A stretch of 64,000 nt of DNA from contig JBPOGI010000002.1 of the NCBI GenBank assembly GCA_051251855.1, forward strand, positions 512,001 through 576,000, written 5' to 3'. Shown piece by piece: positions 61,925-64,000 of the stretch. The notes beneath the pieces are model-generated. The model saw nothing but the letters and a program-made list of their open reading frames with translations. It made no database searches and had not been told where the DNA came from. Position numbers and translations under genes: made by a program. How positions within the stretch are numbered: the stretch's first letter is position 1; each line of letters opens with the position of its first letter. The DNA is from Roseibacillus sp. (GTDB lineage Bacteria; Verrucomicrobiota; Verrucomicrobiia; Verrucomicrobiales; Akkermansiaceae).

Positions 61925-63079
61925 ATGACTTGGTCTCACAATCACCATCTAGCTTATTGTACGAACGTTCACCCTGCTGAGAGTTGGGCGGCAACTTTTG
62001 AGGTTTTGAAAAGCGATGTTCTTGCCGTTCGCGATCGTTTGGTTGCGGAAGGAACTTGCGAAGGGCCTTTTTCGATTGGGCTGCGACTTTCGGCACAGGC
62101 GGCGGAGGACTTGTTGAAGGAGTCGCGTCTGGAGGAGTTTGCGTCTTGGTTGGAGGAGACGAATACCTATGTCTTCACGATTAATGGATTTCCATTTGGT
62201 GATTTTCACGGCACGCGCGTGAAAGAGAAGGTTTATCAGCCAGATTGGACTAATCGAGAGCGTTTGATTTATACTGAGAGGCTGTTTGAGATTATTGCTC
62301 GCTTAGCTCCATTGGATTGTGGTGGGTCGGTTTCGACGTTGCCGGGTTCGTTCAAGGAATTTGGTGCAAACGAAGAAGAGATTTTTGCAAATTTGGAAGC
62401 CTGCGCGACGACCATTGAGGCGTTTTCACAGCAGACGGGGAAGGACCTTCACTTAGGGCTCGAGCCTGAGCCACTTGGTCATTTCGAGAACACGGAGGAG
62501 ACGTTGGCGTTTTTCGAGCGCTTTTTGGCAACAGTGAAGGCTCCCGAACTGGTGAAGAAGCGTATCGGGTTGAACTATGACTGCTGCCACTTCGCGATTG
62601 AGTTCGATGATTGTCGTCCGTCCTTGGAGGCTTTTCGTGAGGCGGGGATTCGGATTTCGAAAGTGCATCTGTCGTCTGCGCTCGCATTCGACCCTAGTAG
62701 TTCGGATGCTCTGGAATCTTTGAAGCGGTTTGAGGAGCCGACCTATTTGCATCAGGTGATTGTGAACGGCTCAGATGGGTTGCAGCGGGTGAGGGATTTA
62801 CCGGAGTTTTATCAGGAGTTGGAGTCTGGGGAGGTAACGATTGAGGCGGGAGCTCAGGCGCGTTGCCACTTTCATGTGCCTCTTTACGCTGAGGCTGCTC
62901 CGCCTTTGGGAACCACTCAGTCGCACGTGAAGGAGATGCTGAAATATCGGGCGGAGTTTCCGAACTTCTGCAATCACTTTGAAATCGAGACCTACACCTG
63001 GGGCGTGTTGCCGGATGGTTTGCAAACAGATCTCACCAGCCAAATCGTCAAAGAGTTTCAGTGGGTTCTCAGTCTCTGA
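61925..63079 (+). CDS. eboE: Metabolite traffic protein EboE (xylose isomerase-like fold)
   Basis: HLAYCTNVHPAESW, GLRLS, TINGFPFGDFH..RVKEKVYQPDW, GLEPEP, EPTYLHQV, HFHVP, EIETYTW. Confidence 0.92.
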   Translation: MTWSHNHHLAYCTNVHPAESWAATFEVLKSDVLAVRDRLVAEGTCEGPFSIGLRLSAQAAEDLLKESRLEEFASWLEETNTYVFTINGFPFGDFHGTRVKEKVYQPDWTNRERLIYTERLFEIIARLAPLDCGGSVSTLPGSFKEFGANEEEIFANLEACATTIEAFSQQTGKDLHLGLEPEPLGHFENTEETLAFFERFLATVKAPELVKKRIGLNYDCCHFAIEFDDCRPSLEAFREAGIRISKVHLSSALAFDPSSSDALESLKRFEEPTYLHQVIVNGSDGLQRVRDLPEFYQELESGEVTIEAGAQARCHFHVPLYAEAAPPLGTTQSHVKEMLKYRAEFPNFCNHFEIETYTWGVLPDGLQTDLTSQIVKEFQWVLSL

Positions 63080-63134
63080 CGCATCCTGCGGCAGTCCGTC
63101 TTTGATACTTCCAGCAGCAAGTCCTATCCGAATT

Positions 63135-64000
63135 ATGAATCGCCAAACCTTCATCGACCTCCTTGCCGCCGGGCGGGTGGCGAACTTACCTTCGGTGTTG
63201 AGTAATGTTCTGTTAGGGGCGGTTGTCTTTTCCGCATTTGCCGAGCCAAATTGGCAAACTGCTTGGTTGGGCTGCGGGGTGGGAATGTTGCTCTACTTGG
63301 GGGGCTGCCTTCTCAACGATTGGTGGGACCGAGATTGGGATTGTGAGAATAAGCCGGAGCGCGCGGTTCCCAATGGTCGACTGTCTCCGCAAGTTCTGTT
63401 GGCTCTAGCAACGGGATTTCTTTTAGGAGGGCTCTTGGGTTCACTATTTCTAGGATGGCTCGCTGTAGGGGCTGCCATCTGCATCATTTTTCTGATTTTG
63501 GTCTATTCTTTTGTTCATAAGAAGAGCCCGCTGGGTGTGATTCCGATGGGGCTTTGCCGGAGTGGACTTTATTTTTTGGGTTTTGCCTCTGCAGACCCGG
63601 ATTCAGGACTTTTTCCCGAGACCCGCTATCTCGACTATTATAGTGTTGATGAGTATCTCGGAATCTATGCGCTTCTGGTGCTGCCAGCTTTCGGTCTGTT
63701 CGCCTATATTATGGGGCTTTCGCTTTTGGCTCGTTTCGAGGCGAGAGGGGACTTGCCTCATACCAATAAGGTGCTGGCTTACCTCTTTCTTTTTTTTCCG
63801 GTCCTTTGCCATCTTTATTGGGTTTCAAAGCATGCACCAGTGGCAGCGATCTGTTTCTCGTTGCCTTTTCTGATTGTGGTCTATTTGGCCACCAAGGTGA
63901 TTGTGCGTTCGATTGGAAAAGGGGTTTCTCTCTTGTTGGCGGCGATTCCGTTGTTGGATTTAGTTCTTATTTTTCCTCTAGTGGTGTTCATTTTGAACGA
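63135..64000 (+). CDS. UbiA family prenyltransferase (EboC-like), 3' end outside window
   Basis: Absent from the ORF track because it runs off the edge. Translated by hand: GRVANLPSVLSNVL, LNDWWDRDWD (NDxxDxxxD), PERAVPNG, PMGLCR; no stop before 64000. Confidence 0.88.
   Translation, partial: MNRQTFIDLLAAGRVANLPSVLSNVLLGAVVFSAFAEPNWQTAWLGCGVGMLLYLGGCLLNDWWDRDWDCENKPERAVPNGRLSPQVLLALATGFLLGGLLGSLFLGWLAVGAAICIIFLILVYSFVHKKSPLGVIPMGLCRSGLYFLGFASADPDSGLFPETRYLDYYSVDEYLGIYALLVLPAFGLFAYIMGLSLLARFEARGDLPHTNKVLAYLFLFFPVLCHLYWVSKHAPVAAICFSLPFLIVVYLATKVIVRSIGKGVSLLLAAIPLLDLVLIFPLVVFILN

Overview
Gene-dense bacterial chromosome segment, most likely Verrucomicrobiota (inferred from PEP-CTERM proteins, DUF1501/DUF1549/DUF1553 genes, Rhodopirellula/Verrucomicrobium-type ECF sigma factors and a nuclease-ligase fusion). 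The left third (about 1-21.9 kb) is a glycan-utilisation-like locus: two sulfatases, a GH50-like hydrolase, GH2 beta-galactosidase, a cytochrome c/DUF1549/DUF1553 protein, DUF1501, a PEP-CTERM protein and a GH13 amylase, arranged around two back-to-back ECF sigma/FecR anti-sigma pairs. Reading the intergenic DNA gave two spacing-conserved motifs, CCG-N19-GCAGT (3 copies) and AACCTTT-N13-CATT (2 copies). Each lies directly upstream of one sigma gene and of locus genes, suggesting two cross-wired ECF regulons. The middle holds thyA/folA, a catalytically degenerate GH78-like protein, an AT-richer stretch with probable abundant surface proteins, and a secreted FG-GAP/ASPIC-vanadium haloperoxidase-like fusion. 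The right half is mostly housekeeping (rimO, nadB, ldhA, tRNA-Lys, mqo, yaaA, ligase, glgB, OYE) plus a pseudokinase and eboE/UbiA. Intergenic regions carry several REP-like families, and the octamer CTGTTAGA looks over-represented inside genes. No CRISPR array, rRNA, transposase or integrase was seen. All family assignments are from motif recognition by eye; no database searches were run.
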